A DNA stretch of 43,374 bases, the filler included, from Jimgerdemannia flammicorona (lineage: Eukaryota): the NCBI GenBank assembly GCA_003990765.1. It is 2 parts of 2 records of this genome, joined end to end, with 100 filler letters (N's around TTAATTAATTAA, not from the genome) between each part and the next. Parts side by side here need not be neighbours in the genome. Positions count along the whole stretch, not along the records: positions 21,745 to 43,374 come from RBNJ01001417.1; 1 more part is not named here. One strand, given 5' to 3'. The translations under genes were made by a program, and so were the position numbers. Each line of letters begins with the position of its first letter. Positions within the stretch are counted from its first letter, which is position 1. The notes under the pieces were generated by a model that was not told the origin of the DNA, made no database searches, and saw nothing but the letters and a program-made list of their open reading frames with translations. This document shows positions 22,690-34,840 of the stretch, in pieces.

Positions 22690-22937
22690 GATCTGTTCAC
22701 ACCAGTAAGTTCTTTATTTTCCTGATTTACTTCCTATTTATTTCCGATTTCATTTTGATTTCTGATTCCTAATTATGTTTCTGTTTGTTTATTCTAAATA
22801 TATATCTTAGATGTGCAATATATTTTTTTTGGTGCCTTGTAGCTTAAAGGCAGATTAAAGATGGGTCTGTGTCGGGTTAAATATGGGTCAGGGTCAGGTC
22901 ACATATATTTCTCAGGTTAGGTCACATATATTTCTCA

Positions 22938-23180
22938 GGTTGGGTTAAAGACAGGTTATGTATAATTCCAGGTCAGGTTAAAGACAGGTAACATACGTTT
23001 CCAGGTCGGGTTAAAGATGGGTGACATATAATTCTGAGTCAGGTTAAAGATGGGTGACATATTATTCTGGGTCAGGTTAAAGATGGGTGATGTATTATTC
23101 CGGATTGGGTTAAAGATGGGTGACGTATAATTCCGGGTCAGGTTAAAGACAGGTGACGTATAATTCCAGGTTGGGTTAAA
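22938..23180 (+). repeat. 33-bp tandem repeat, 7 full copies plus a partial one
   Basis: Consensus GGTCAGGTTAAAGAYRGGTGACRTATAATTCCR, with units starting at 22938, 22971, 23004, 23037, 23070, 23103, 23136 and 23169. Confidence 0.92.
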
Positions 23181-23212
23181 TATGTACATGGGTTGGCTCA
23201 GGTTGTGATGTA

Positions 23213-26200
23213 CTAAGTGCAGGCCAATTCAGTGTGCTCCATCAGCCACTCTCCACCAAAAGCCCTTGAACTGCAGCCTCTGAATGCCATTCAGCCCCAC
23301 CAAGGAGAGCAGATCTCCAGAGGACCCTCAAGGGGATGTTCACATCTCCCATACCTTCTGCAGTAGAGGCACCCAACCTCCACCCTGCAATTCCACAGCT
23401 CTCTTCAACCACCAGGCTCGCAAGCAGTGTAGCCTCTTAGGGAAATCCACCAGGCCAAGACCTCCCCTGACTACCGGCCTCGCAAGAGTATCCCAACTAA
23501 CCTGGGACCTCCTCCCTGCCCAAATCCAATCCCTAGCCACCTTCAACAGCTTCTTCACCACCCATGCTGGAAAGTCGAGGTGATATGCTACATACTACAG
23601 CTTCAGGAACCAATATATATTCAGGATGGACACCTGCCCCACTAGAGAGATATAGCGGCCTCCCCAACCTCAAAGGACCTCCCCCCAACTATTCACCTTG
23701 CACTCCCACCATACTCGTGACAAGACAGACCCATATACAGAGAGGAAGATACTCAGATACCACACCATCTCACCAGTAGGGACAATTGTTCCAATGATGT
23801 CCCCATCCACTAGCCCATTCCCTAGCACCATCATCTCATACTTATGCCAGTTGAGCTTCACCCCCGAGTGAGCCTCATACCATTCCACAGTCTCTTGAAG
23901 TGCCTCAACATCTGCCACAGTCCCAAGTCCAACCACCATATCATCAGCAAAGGCCCCCACCTTCCACACTATACTATATATAGAGAGCTCTGCTACCTTC
24001 TGGCGAATCCTATCCATCAACGGCTCCAGTGAAAGGGCATAGAGAATAGGGGACAGAGGGTCCCCCTGAAGAACTCCTCTTCCCAAGGGAAACACCCTCT
24101 CATGGTCACTATTATATATCAGAGCTGCCCAACTACTTTCCAGCAGACTCAACATAGAGTCCTGAAAACTTGAGGGAATGCCAATTCGGTCCAATACCTT
24201 GCCCAGTCACACCCACCATATATGGTCATAGGCTTTCTCCTGGTCCAAAAAGACCAACCTTCCATCCAGTCCACAGGTCCGGGCCCCTTCAATGACACCA
24301 TGAACCCATACAGTCCTATCTTGTATTAGCCTGCCCACAACAAAGCCCCACTGCTCCTCCCCCAGTACCTGTTGGGCAACTTTCTGCAGCCTTGCAACCA
24401 CCACCTTAGTCACCAACTTCCTGTCCATATCCAGAAGCATGATCAGCCTCCAGTTCTTCCAGTCTTCTCTCCTTCCCTTATCTTTGTACAATAAGGTCAC
24501 CAGCCCCAGATCCTGCTCTCCAACCCACTCACCGCTCTGAAGGACATGGTCACAGAGAGCAGCCATCTCCCCCAGAACTCCGGAGATGTTTACCATCTTC
24601 TTCCAGAAGTCCCATAGCAATCCATCCTCCCCTGGCACCATCTCAAGTTTAGTTGCTACCAGGATGCTCTAGATCTCCTCTCCCTACACCAGTAAAATCA
24701 AGTCACCCAGGCCAGCTACCTGCAGTGGCCCCCACTCGTCAAGCGTATTCACAATCACTGCCTCATTCATGCTCCCTGCTTCCTCACTCCACAAGCCCTG
24801 CCATCGCTCCTTCAAGACCCCCAAGATTTGTTGCATGCCGTGTACCATGGTCCCATCAGTACTCAGGACCCCATCCCACTAATGATATACTCTCCTAGCT
24901 TTGAGAAGTTGCAATAAGTATCTAGTAGGCCACTCACCCTCCTCAAGCCCCTGCCACCATAGCCTAGCAGCCATGCTCTGCATATGAGTCTCCTCCTCTT
25001 CTCTCAGCACCTGTTGTAGTTCCACTATCTCCAATTTCGCCCTCTCTATCCGCCAATCCTCCACCTCTACAACAGTGAGCAAATTTGCCCAATCTATTTA
25101 TAGTCTCCTCAGCCTGCTGGAAGCACACCTTGTACGCCTCCTCTTCTGCCTCTCAGCCTCTCTACCAGCTTCTCTCCAATAAACCCTTGCAGCCTCTTTC
25201 AACCTCATCCAACAGACAGCCACAGGCAACCCCTCATGCTTCCAGATATAAACTTTTGCCTGAATGTCCTCCACCCACAATTCCCACAACCCCTTCTCAG
25301 CCAGTAGGGAGGAGTTAAGGTGCCAATGTCCAGGTCCATCTCCACTCCCCCCAAACTACCCCTGCCCCATCAGTCCCCAGTGATCAGACCATGGGCACTA
25401 CTCCACTTCCAATGCCTTCCAAACATCCAAACCCCAGCACTCCACCATCAGAATCCAGTCAATTCTTGTGCCCAAGCCATTCATCCAATGTATGTAGACC
25501 CTGGTGTCACCCCACCTTGTTCTGCCCATATCTCTTAAGGAGCTCAACGTCTCTACCTCCTCTCATGTATCCAGACCTCCACTCCTACCCCTGGCACTCC
25601 TCTCTCCATTAGTTCTGTCCAAATGCTGATCCCGAACCATATTAAAGTCCCTACTAAGAACATCAACCCCTTCCTCCAAGAGAACGCCCTCCTCCAGCAG
25701 CCCCTGAATCCATGCAGTTCTCTCACCCCTAGCCACAGGGCAGTAGCAAGAGCCCACCTTCACTAATTCCCACCCTGGCCGATGCCAATCTCCCCAGACC
25801 AAGCGATCGCCCCAGCTCCTGATTCCCCCCAAGTCTCCTCTACCCTTCCTCACCAGAATCGCTACCTTTCCAAACCAAGCAGCAGCCCCTCCCCATTCCC
25901 TAGCCCACTCTATCCTATCATCCTCATTCTCACACCAAACATCTTGTAATAAAAAGAGATCAGCCTCCAATCTCTTGAGCTAAGTAAAAATGTTCCTATG
26001 CTGCCCAGAGCCCCTTAGCCCATTCACATTCAAGGAAAAAATGTTAGTTGTACTGTTCATAAAGAATAATGATATATCAGAGTCCCATCCTCTACAAGTC
26101 TGCATTCCGCTCCTCCTGCACCAAGTCCAAGTCATGTTCAGCAGCTAGTTCCCTCTCCCTAGCTTCCCATGCCTTCAACTCTCTCAGAAGTTCTACCATT

Positions 26201-28188
26201 ACCCCATCTTCACGCTCCTCAAAGTTCTCGCAATACTCCAGACAGGCCTCCTGCCAGAGCTGCAGACCACGATGCTCTGCCCAACAGTAGTCTGCCTGCT
26301 TACTAGCGACCACCCCCAGCTCTGCCTTCCTCACCTCATCAACCTCATATCCCTCCTCCTCCAGTAAAATTGCCAGATCTCCACCTTCAGTGCCTCCACT
26401 ATTCCATCACCATGCAGAATCCTTGCCCAATGCTCCTCAGGCATTGTCTACAGGTTCACCTCCCCCAAAGCCTCTGCTGCAAAATTATCCATCACCTTGC
26501 GTATCCACAACAGGTTCCCCACCTCCTTCCCTCCCAGAGTCCCCAGTCACCCTGCATCCAACATCGTGGTGTCAGCTCCTATACTAGCAGCCTCATCCCA
26601 CTCCTCCTCAGGGACATCCACCAGCTCATCCTTGCCAACGGCAACCACCTGACCCTCTTGTGCCATATCAGAGATCCCAAAGCACACCTGCTGGGCCCCC
26701 TGCATCCATGTATCCTCTATCATCTCTCTCTTCCCAATTGGACCCCTCCTGATAAGTAGGGGGGGAGTGGCATCCAACACTGGCTCTCACACTTCGAAAG
26801 TACCATCCACAAATGGGTTCTTTTCCAGCCCCTTCCCAGCCTCTGCCTCCTTCGCCTCCACCTCCTCTCCTCTTTTACTAGCTCAGACACTGGCCTTAAT
26901 GCCTCCAGACTCCTCAGCTTCACCCAACTTCTTCTTCGCCCCACCTGTCATACTTGCCAACAGCTCCCTCTGCCTCTTGTGCCCCTGGGTTCACTCTCAC
27001 TGCTTCTTATCCATACAGATACACTTCCCGCCCACAACCTCCAAGTGCATCAACTCCTCATACAGTTTCCAAGCCTTTGCCCTCCTCTCCACAGCCCCAC
27101 TCAACTCCTCCAGCACCTCCAACAAGTCCTCCTCCTCTTCTTCACTCTCTTTCACTCTCGACACCTTGCAGATAATAGCCCTCCACATCAGCACCAAGGG
27201 CCAGTCACTTGCCTTCCCTGTGGCCTCCTTCCCCACTAACTGAATCCTGACATCAACATCATCTGTCCTGAAAGCCATCCCCTCCCACAGCTGAAAGCCA
27301 ATGTCCACCACATCACCATACTCTACCATCACCTCTTCCATCCTCCTCCTAGTCTCCTCCCTAGTCATCGTGGGCACCCCCCATACCAGAAGCTGCACCA
27401 CCCTGGGGTCCCACCTTAAGCACCTCACCATGGGGACCACTATCTCCCCAACCACCACTCCTGCCTTCATGGCCTCATCCAGTAGGCCTGCCTCCTCAAA
27501 GCCTACCTCAACCCCCTCCAGGCCCTTCAAGAACTTCACCAAGGCCGCACCAGCCACCTGCCTCGAAATAAGCCCCAGGACTATCCTTGCCATCACCACC
27601 AAGCCCCTGAAGTACAGATAGCTGCAAACTCCGAGATCGACTTCTTGAGTAATGGGGCCACTGCCAGTCCCATTACACCATCAGCAAGGTCCCCCTTCTG
27701 CATCAGGAACCCCTGCCCCCCCTGGCCATCAGCTGTCACATCTCTTTTTTTTTCCTGATCCACTGTCACACTCCCATCAGCAGTCCCACTACTACCCCCA
27801 GCCACTACTCCACTCCCTCCACCTCCCACCAGTGAAGGCCCAGCTCCCCCAGCATCTCCAACCTTCTGCTTCCCCTTTCCTCCTGCCTGTCCACTGCAGG
27901 CACCCCTCGGCCAGCCCCCAGCCCTAAGCACATCTGCAAAGCTCCCTCCCTACTGCCCTCCAGCCCCCCATCAGTGCTGCCTCTACCATCCGAGCTGCCC
28001 AGTCCACTCGATCCACTGAAAGACCCCATCCCCAGTCCATACCCTCTCCCAACATGCTGCCAGTCAAAGACCCCAGGTCCACCCAACCCAGGACATGTAT
28101 CAGCTCGCTTGCTGGTTGATATCTCCTTAGTATCTTTCTCTAATAAACAATTTGAAAGTATGTTGTAAAGTGTGTGTAATGTGAATTG
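23213..28188 (-). mobile_element. L1/Tx1-like non-LTR retrotransposon, copy 1 (5'-complete, 3'-truncated, degenerate)
   Basis: ORF1 RRM-like segment VVQLLVWGVP...YGDVVDIGF. ORF2 starts at 26060 (MNSTTNIFSLNVNGL) with APE endonuclease (FLLQD, DFNMV, SDH) and RT (NWRLIMLL, LDQEKAYD, QGDPLSPILY, AFADD, YLSI). Colinear with copy 2, but homology ends near 23213. Confidence 0.94.
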
Positions 28189-29532
28189 TAGTGGAGAGAG
28201 ATGGCTTCAGATGTAGAGAAGAAGGCCACTATGCAAAGAGTTGCATGACTGAAACAAGATATAAAGTCCAACCAAGCAATGCTAGCAGAACCAGAGAACA
28301 AACCAATACAGTAGTCATCGAGGAGATTGGTGACACTGATGATGAAGAATACTATGAGGAGCTTGAATTCTACCCTGCTACTGAAGGTACCAGAACCCAG
28401 TCCAAGCTCTATAACAAGAAGAGCAACAGCAAGCCAGTTGGAAGACCAAAGAAGACCCCAGCTGCTACTATTCAAAGCAAGATCCAACCCAAGGAGATTG
28501 ATCAAGACATAGAGTTAGATGAAGCTGTCTGCCAAATTATTGAAGGCACTACTCCAGTCTTAGGAGAAAGCAAAAGCAAGAAGGAACAGAAGCTGTGCAA
28601 GATCAAGATCCACTAGTATAATATTTATAAGGACCTCAAGGAGCAGAAGATCAATGCCACTTTTGGACAGCTAGCCAAAGTCCCTGCCTTCAGACAGTAG
28701 TTGAGAGTAGGACTTACAACTACTGCCAAGAATCAAGAGTACAAAATTGTAGAAGCTCACAATACACAGGAAGAATCCGAGAACTCAGGTGAAGAATCTG
28801 AAGACTAGTGCAAGACATCAGCCTATACCCTATGTCAGATTGAAGACTGTATCTTTGATGCCATCATTGATACTGGTGCTGGAGGATGTCTCATGAGTAA
28901 GAAGACAATTGACCACCTAGGCTGAGACATTGAAGAATCCACCAAGATGGTCTATGTTATAGCAGATGGTACATAAGCTACCCTCCTTGACAAAATCCGA
29001 GGAGTCTCTATCAAGATAGGAGGAGCTACCATCCCAGTAGATGTAATTGTTACAAGCACTACCAACTATGATATCCTCATTGGCAACCAATGGCTTCACA
29101 AGGCCAAGGCCATCATTGATCTCAATACCCAGAAAATATAGATCAACTATAGAGAAAGAAAGGTATGAGTCTCTATCAATGTCTATAAGAGAGTTCTACT
29201 AGATATGGGGGAAGGAGATGAAGAAGACACAGAGGTCTTTATGCACTCGGTGAACAAGAACAAGAACAAGACACCCAAACTCACAGATGAGCAGTGGTAT
29301 AATAAGATTATCAATGGCTATGCCCCTCAAGGAAGATGCCCCCATAGTACTAGGATGTACTGCTCCAAACACCTGAATGACTGCTGGTCCTGTATCAGTG
29401 AAGTCAGGAAAATCTGCCACAGAAACATGAGCAAGAAGCCACTGAAGTAAAAAGGAAAGCTGAAGAAGATGACCAGCCCCCAGAGCTTCAAGCTGATAGT
29501 GATGATGAGGAGGAACAAGAACCAGATATCAC

Positions 29533-29945
29533 TCTCAAAGTCAAGAAGTTTTCCCCCAAAGCTAAGATCCCAGAATACAAGACTGAAGGAGCTATAGGAA
29601 TGGATCTTGTCAGCATTCAAGATACTACCCTTGAACTACAGACCACCACCCTACTTGGCACTGGAATTGGAGTCAAGCTGCCAGTAAACTATGTCAGAAT
29701 TATCAAGACCAGGAGCAGTCTGGCCAAAAGCAAAATCTCAGTTAAAGGAGGAGTAATTGACCCTGATTACACTGGTGAGATCTTCCTCATAGTCAGAAAT
29801 CACAACTCCACCACCCCATTCAAAGTCAAGAAGTATGACAGGATTGGCCAGATGCTGATCCATGAAGTCAAGAAGCTCAAGATCATTGAAGCCATCAAAC
29901 TCATCAAGACCAAGAGAGGAGAATAAGGCTTTGAATCTACTGGAA
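29533..29945 (+). pseudogene. dut: Trimeric dUTPase domain inside Gypsy pol, between protease and RT
   Basis: Motifs I-V: GMDL, RSSLA, GGVIDPDYTGEI, DRIGQML, RGE*GFESTG. Confidence 0.92.
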
Positions 29946-32717
29946 GAGGAGCCTATGCTGTCACCAAGATTACCAAACTTGAGTAAAAGAAAGACAAGGA
30001 CCAGAACAAGTACATATATATCATTGGAGAAAACTTTCCCCTAGAGAAACAACTTCTCAAGATCCTGTACCAGAATGAAGGAGTACTTGCTACAGACTTC
30101 AGGGATATCCACAATCAAGAACCCAAGTACTACCATGAAGTTGACACTAGTAATATCAAGCCCATCTACCAGAAAGCCAGACCCATACCATCTACCTACA
30201 GAGAGTAACTGTGAGCAGAACTCAAGGAAATGGAAGAAGCCAGAATCATCAAGCAAGCTATTAGCCCCTGGGCCTCACCCATTGTCCTTGCTCTAAAGAA
30301 AGCAAGCAAGCCTGGAGAGTTTGCGCCAAGACTCTGCATTGACTACAGGAAGCTCAATGCCATTACCAAGAAGAATAGGCAGCCCTTGCCAAATATTCAA
30401 GAAATCCTTACCACCCTTGGAAGTGAAGCCAAATACTACACCACCTTGGATCTGTTCTCAGGCTTCCATCAGATTGATCTCACTTAAGATGCCAGTAAGA
30501 AATCAGCCTTCATCACATCTGACACCACCTATATCTACCTACGAATGCCATTTGGAATGTGTAATGCCCCAGCAAGTTTCCAGCAAATGATGAACAGAGT
30601 CTTCAGCAATGAGATTGGAAAATGGCTCTTTATCTATATTGATGATGTGATCATCTTCAGCAATACTGCACAGGAACATATCAATCATATATAGCTAGCC
30701 CTCAAGAAGCTCAAAGAGCATGGCCTCTACATCAAGCCTAAGAAATGTAAGTTTGTGGCCCAGGAAATTGCCTACCTAGGACATCTCATCAACCAGACCA
30801 GAATCTACACAGACCCCATGAAGATCAAGGCTGTTGCAGTCTACCTAAGACCCAGGATAACCACAGAAGTCCATGCCTTCCTTAGACTGGCCAGCTATTA
30901 TAGAAGATTCATCAAAGGATATTCCAACATTACAGTACCTATCTATGAGCTACTGAAGAAGGAGACCAAATTTGAATAGACCAAGAAGCACCAAGAAACC
31001 TTCAATAAACTCAAGACCAGATTGATCCAAGCACCTATTCTCAGAAGATCAGACAGGAATCTAGAATTCATCCTGCAGACAGATGCAAGTGCTATAGGAC
31101 TTAGAGCAGTCCTAGCTTAGAAGAAAGATAGACATAAATATGTCATCTCTTATACAAGCCAAGGTACCCATAGAGCAGAACAGAACTATGTGTCATGCAA
31201 GCTTGAATACTTAGCAGTAGTTTGGGCAGTAGACAATTCCACTACTACTTAGCCAGGAAACACTTTACCATTCAAACAGACCATTCTGCTCTTACCTGGC
31301 TATTCCACACTCTGAACCCCAAAGGAATATATATCAGATGGATCTACAGGCTGCAAGAATATGATTGTACTGTCAAGCACCACTCAGAAAAGACCAATAC
31401 CAATGCCAATGCACTCTCAAGGACACTCTGAAACACCCCCATCAAGACTATTCAATATGAATAAGGAGCTATATTATAGATTAATCAGCTACTTTGGGTA
31501 GTAAAGATGCCCAACCACCTCAAACTCTAGACAATCACCATCATCAACCAGACTTAGAAATAGTTTGAACTAGACAACACTATACTCAGAAAAGAAGGAA
31601 AGCTAGTAATACCTGAATATAAGAAGTATCAAGTAATGAAGGAAGTATATGAGCAAGGACACTTAGGAGGAACCAACACATATGACAGGGCAAGAAGAAC
31701 CATGTGATGGCCCAAGATGGAAGAAGACCTACACCAATTTGTCAAAGAGTGTGACAAGTGCCAAAAACAGAAATAAGATCAGCAAGACCAGGTACTTAGG
31801 TCATCAAGAATTGAGTCTATCCCCTTCCACCACATTGCAATAAATATCATTGGACTACTATCAGTAACACTATTAGAAAACTGCTATATTATAGTTATTA
31901 TAGATCTCTTCACCAAATAGATAGAGGCAGGAGCATTACAAGAAGCCAATGCTCTCTCTACAGCTGACTTCCTGACCAAGAAATCATCTGCCACTACAAG
32001 ACACTAAAGCAAATCACAACAGACTATGGAACAGAATTTGTCAATGGATTCCATGAGATAATATATCAGAAATATAAGATCCAGCACATCAAGACCACCG
32101 CATACCACCCTCAAGGAAATGGACAGACAGAGAGAACTAACAAGACCCTCAAGAACATTCTAGCAAAGATCTCAGAGATATATATATGAGAATTGGGATA
32201 ACTATCTCCCAACTGCCCTCTTTATTCTATGAGATATATGGTCATAGAGCACACACTTTACTCCAAGAGAGCTGCTCTTTAGAGAAGATGATTCTGATAG
32301 AACCTCAGTCACAAATCTAGATCTAACTTGGAAATGGGTTGATGCAGAAATCCAGAGACTATACCAAATCAGAAAGAAGGCTAAAGATTACATCACCAAG
32401 TTACAAGTACTGACAAGGAAGAATGCAGAAAAGAATCACAAGGCCCTAGAACCCATCTGAATCAGAGAAAAGGTTCTACTGTATCAAAATATGGTAGAAG
32501 CCTCATGGTCACAAAAACTGGAGCTCAAATGGGAAGGACCCTTCTATATATAAGATATCAAGGGAACCATCTTCTGGCTTAGAAAAATCTCAGAGATCAT
32601 ACTGCCTACCATAGTACATAGGAACAGACTCAAGAAGTACCATGAATCTATATAAGAGAAGCAAAATGTAATAACTACCCACAAGGTTCTAGTCCGTGAA
32701 TCGTAACAGCATGTCCC

Positions 32718-34050
32718 ATGACCAGCAGGCTATCTGTCTGGACCATTCTCTAAGAGATACAGCACTGGTAACTACTCATCTATGAGACTTTCAAAGTCAG
32801 AGAAGTTCAAACTGTCAACTGATTGGTCAAGATCAGAATCAGGTCCTTGCTCTATATGAAGGAAGCAACCCTTCACCATCATGCTAAAATACAAAGAGAA
32901 GATACTAGCCCATAAACACCACTTTTTAACCCCTTGCCAGAGGTTATGAGATCAGCAAATTTTTCAGAACTAGACTAATGAATAAGGGTGCTCAAGAAGA
33001 TCCTTATTCAGAAGGAAGATATAACAGTGACCTCAGAATGATGACATCAGCACAGGAGACAGTCTTTCCTTACAAGCCACCAGATTGGAGTACAAGAAGA
33101 TCATATGGTATATGAGATGAGCAATGATGGCCAACTGTAAGTCATTGTGACCACAGCACAAGCATCTTGAGGAATATAAAAGAAGGATCAAGGAACCACA
33201 GTAGCAGTAACCAATAGGACCCACCAATTCCAAAATAGCTCAAAGACTTACTATAAACAAAATGCCTGCTGCCTGCCAAACCTCAAGGTCAAGGAACCAC
33301 CAAGGTACTTCAGTCAAAGAAAGGATATTCCAAGACATCAGAAGAGCTATAAGGACCTGTTCAAAAAGGACTCCTAGTGTCAACCTGGGTACTGAAGACT
33401 CTTATCACTTTATTCTCTACTGCTATGAAATAGAAATAAGGATCACCATTGCTACCAAATACCTCTAAATATGGTAAGAGTATAAAATAAGAAACCTCCT
33501 TTGCCAGGAGTTTCTACAGGCCAGTACTCAAGAGCTACAAGATGCCACTCCCATGGATATACATAAAATAAGGATAGCTAAAAAGATCCATCAGATCTTC
33601 AGGCATGTACCATGGTCGATTCTCAACTTAGAGTATATTAGAGTCTCAGACTTCAGAGATCTGTCATCTTGCTGTATTAATGCACTAGAAGCCAGGGTGG
33701 CTACAGAAGCTCAGTTCACTATCACCCTCAACAGTAATGAAGTAGAAGACTTCTGGTACCCCATCCTTCAGGACAACCCAGACCAATTCCTGCAAAGATT
33801 GATCTCAGTATTCCAAGGCCCAAGCATCCAGGTTAGACCTCCCCAAGATTCCACATTTGTTCCTTATTTTGTGGAAGAGAACCTCATAGATTGGAGAGCC
33901 CCCAATTTCCCCACCAAATGTGATGACATCATCGGCGATGGTGTCATCCCATGCAACATCGAAGTATGCAAAAATGATGATTTGTGGATCTCATCTCCTT
34001 CAGTGATGATGATGATGATGATGAAGCCCCCATAGTCCTGAACTTTCTGC
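32718..34050 (+). pseudogene. Additional ORF(s) downstream of the Gypsy integrase, unknown function
   Basis: The frame from ATG ~32718 (MTSRLSVWTIL*EIQHW*LLIYETFKV...) is broken mainly by TAA/TGA stops explicable as CAA/CGA transitions. Includes the 160-aa ORF 33553-34035 and has the same A-rich style as pol. Confidence 0.5.
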
Positions 34051-34061
34051 TCTAAGTTCTC

Positions 34062-34364
34062 TGTTATACTGAATAATGCCAGTACTGGTATTTTGATGTA
34101 ATACTGGATAATGCCAGCACTGACATTCTGAGGTAATGCAAAATTATTCCAGCACCAGTATTCTGATGTGACACTGAATTATACCAGTATCCTGAACCTG
34201 TACAACTATCAGTACCAACCCTGGAACTTAGTAGTTTTAGTTATTGGAATTTATATTTAGCTTTATATCTTAGCAAGCATTGAATTATATTTTGTATAAA
34301 TATCTCTCTTATTTTCTCTGAAATAAAGTCAGTCTTCTCAGTATAATATACACAATCCCTTACA
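34062..34364 (+). repeat. Putative LTR with internal ~35-bp tandem repeats
   Basis: TGTTA...TTACA termini, AATAAA at 34322 and about four copies of ATAATGCCAGYACTG... at 34072-34190. No second copy in the window and no clear PPT upstream. Confidence 0.4.
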
Positions 34365-34529
34365 AGTAATCTAAGAGATAACAAGACAGTTAAAGATAAG
34401 AAGTTTGAGGACTATAAGACCTTAGGAAGGTACTTCAATAAGAACTTGCTTATAACAAACTTGAGTTAGTCTAAAAGATATATCTTGAAGAGAATCTGAT
34501 GTATTTGAAGGACTCAGCAACTACTACAT

Positions 34530-34804
34530 GATAATATATAAAATTAAATATAATAATAATAGTGATATAAAGCAGTACAAGATCTGATTTATAATAAAGG
34601 AGTATTTATAAGACTATAGTGTAGACTATGATAAAATCTTTTTCTTAGTATTCAAGCTTACTTTACTTAAAATACTTCTTGTAATTAGAGTCAAATATAA
34701 CTATAAAATCTACTAAATAGATATTAAGTTAGTCTTCTTGAATAGCAATATAAATATAGAGCTATATATCTATTAACTATAAGAATACAAACTATATGAT
34801 AATC

Positions 34805-34840
<36 letters not shown>

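Larger units (their letters stand above)
28191..34060 (+). mobile_element. Ty3/Gypsy LTR retrotransposon internal region (gag C-term, PR, dUTPase, RT, RNase H, IN, extra ORF), degenerate and missing its 5' end
   Basis: Knuckle xFRCREEGHYAKSC (~28200), AIIDTGAGG (~28870), SPWASPIVL, LCIDYRKLN, LDLFSGFHQI, MPFGMCNAPASFQ, YIDDVIIFS, LQTDASAIGL, GHLGGTNT...CDKCQK, TDYGTEF, AYHPQGNGQTERTNKTLK, KWEGPF. Domain order RT-RH-IN. Many stops. Confidence 0.95.
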
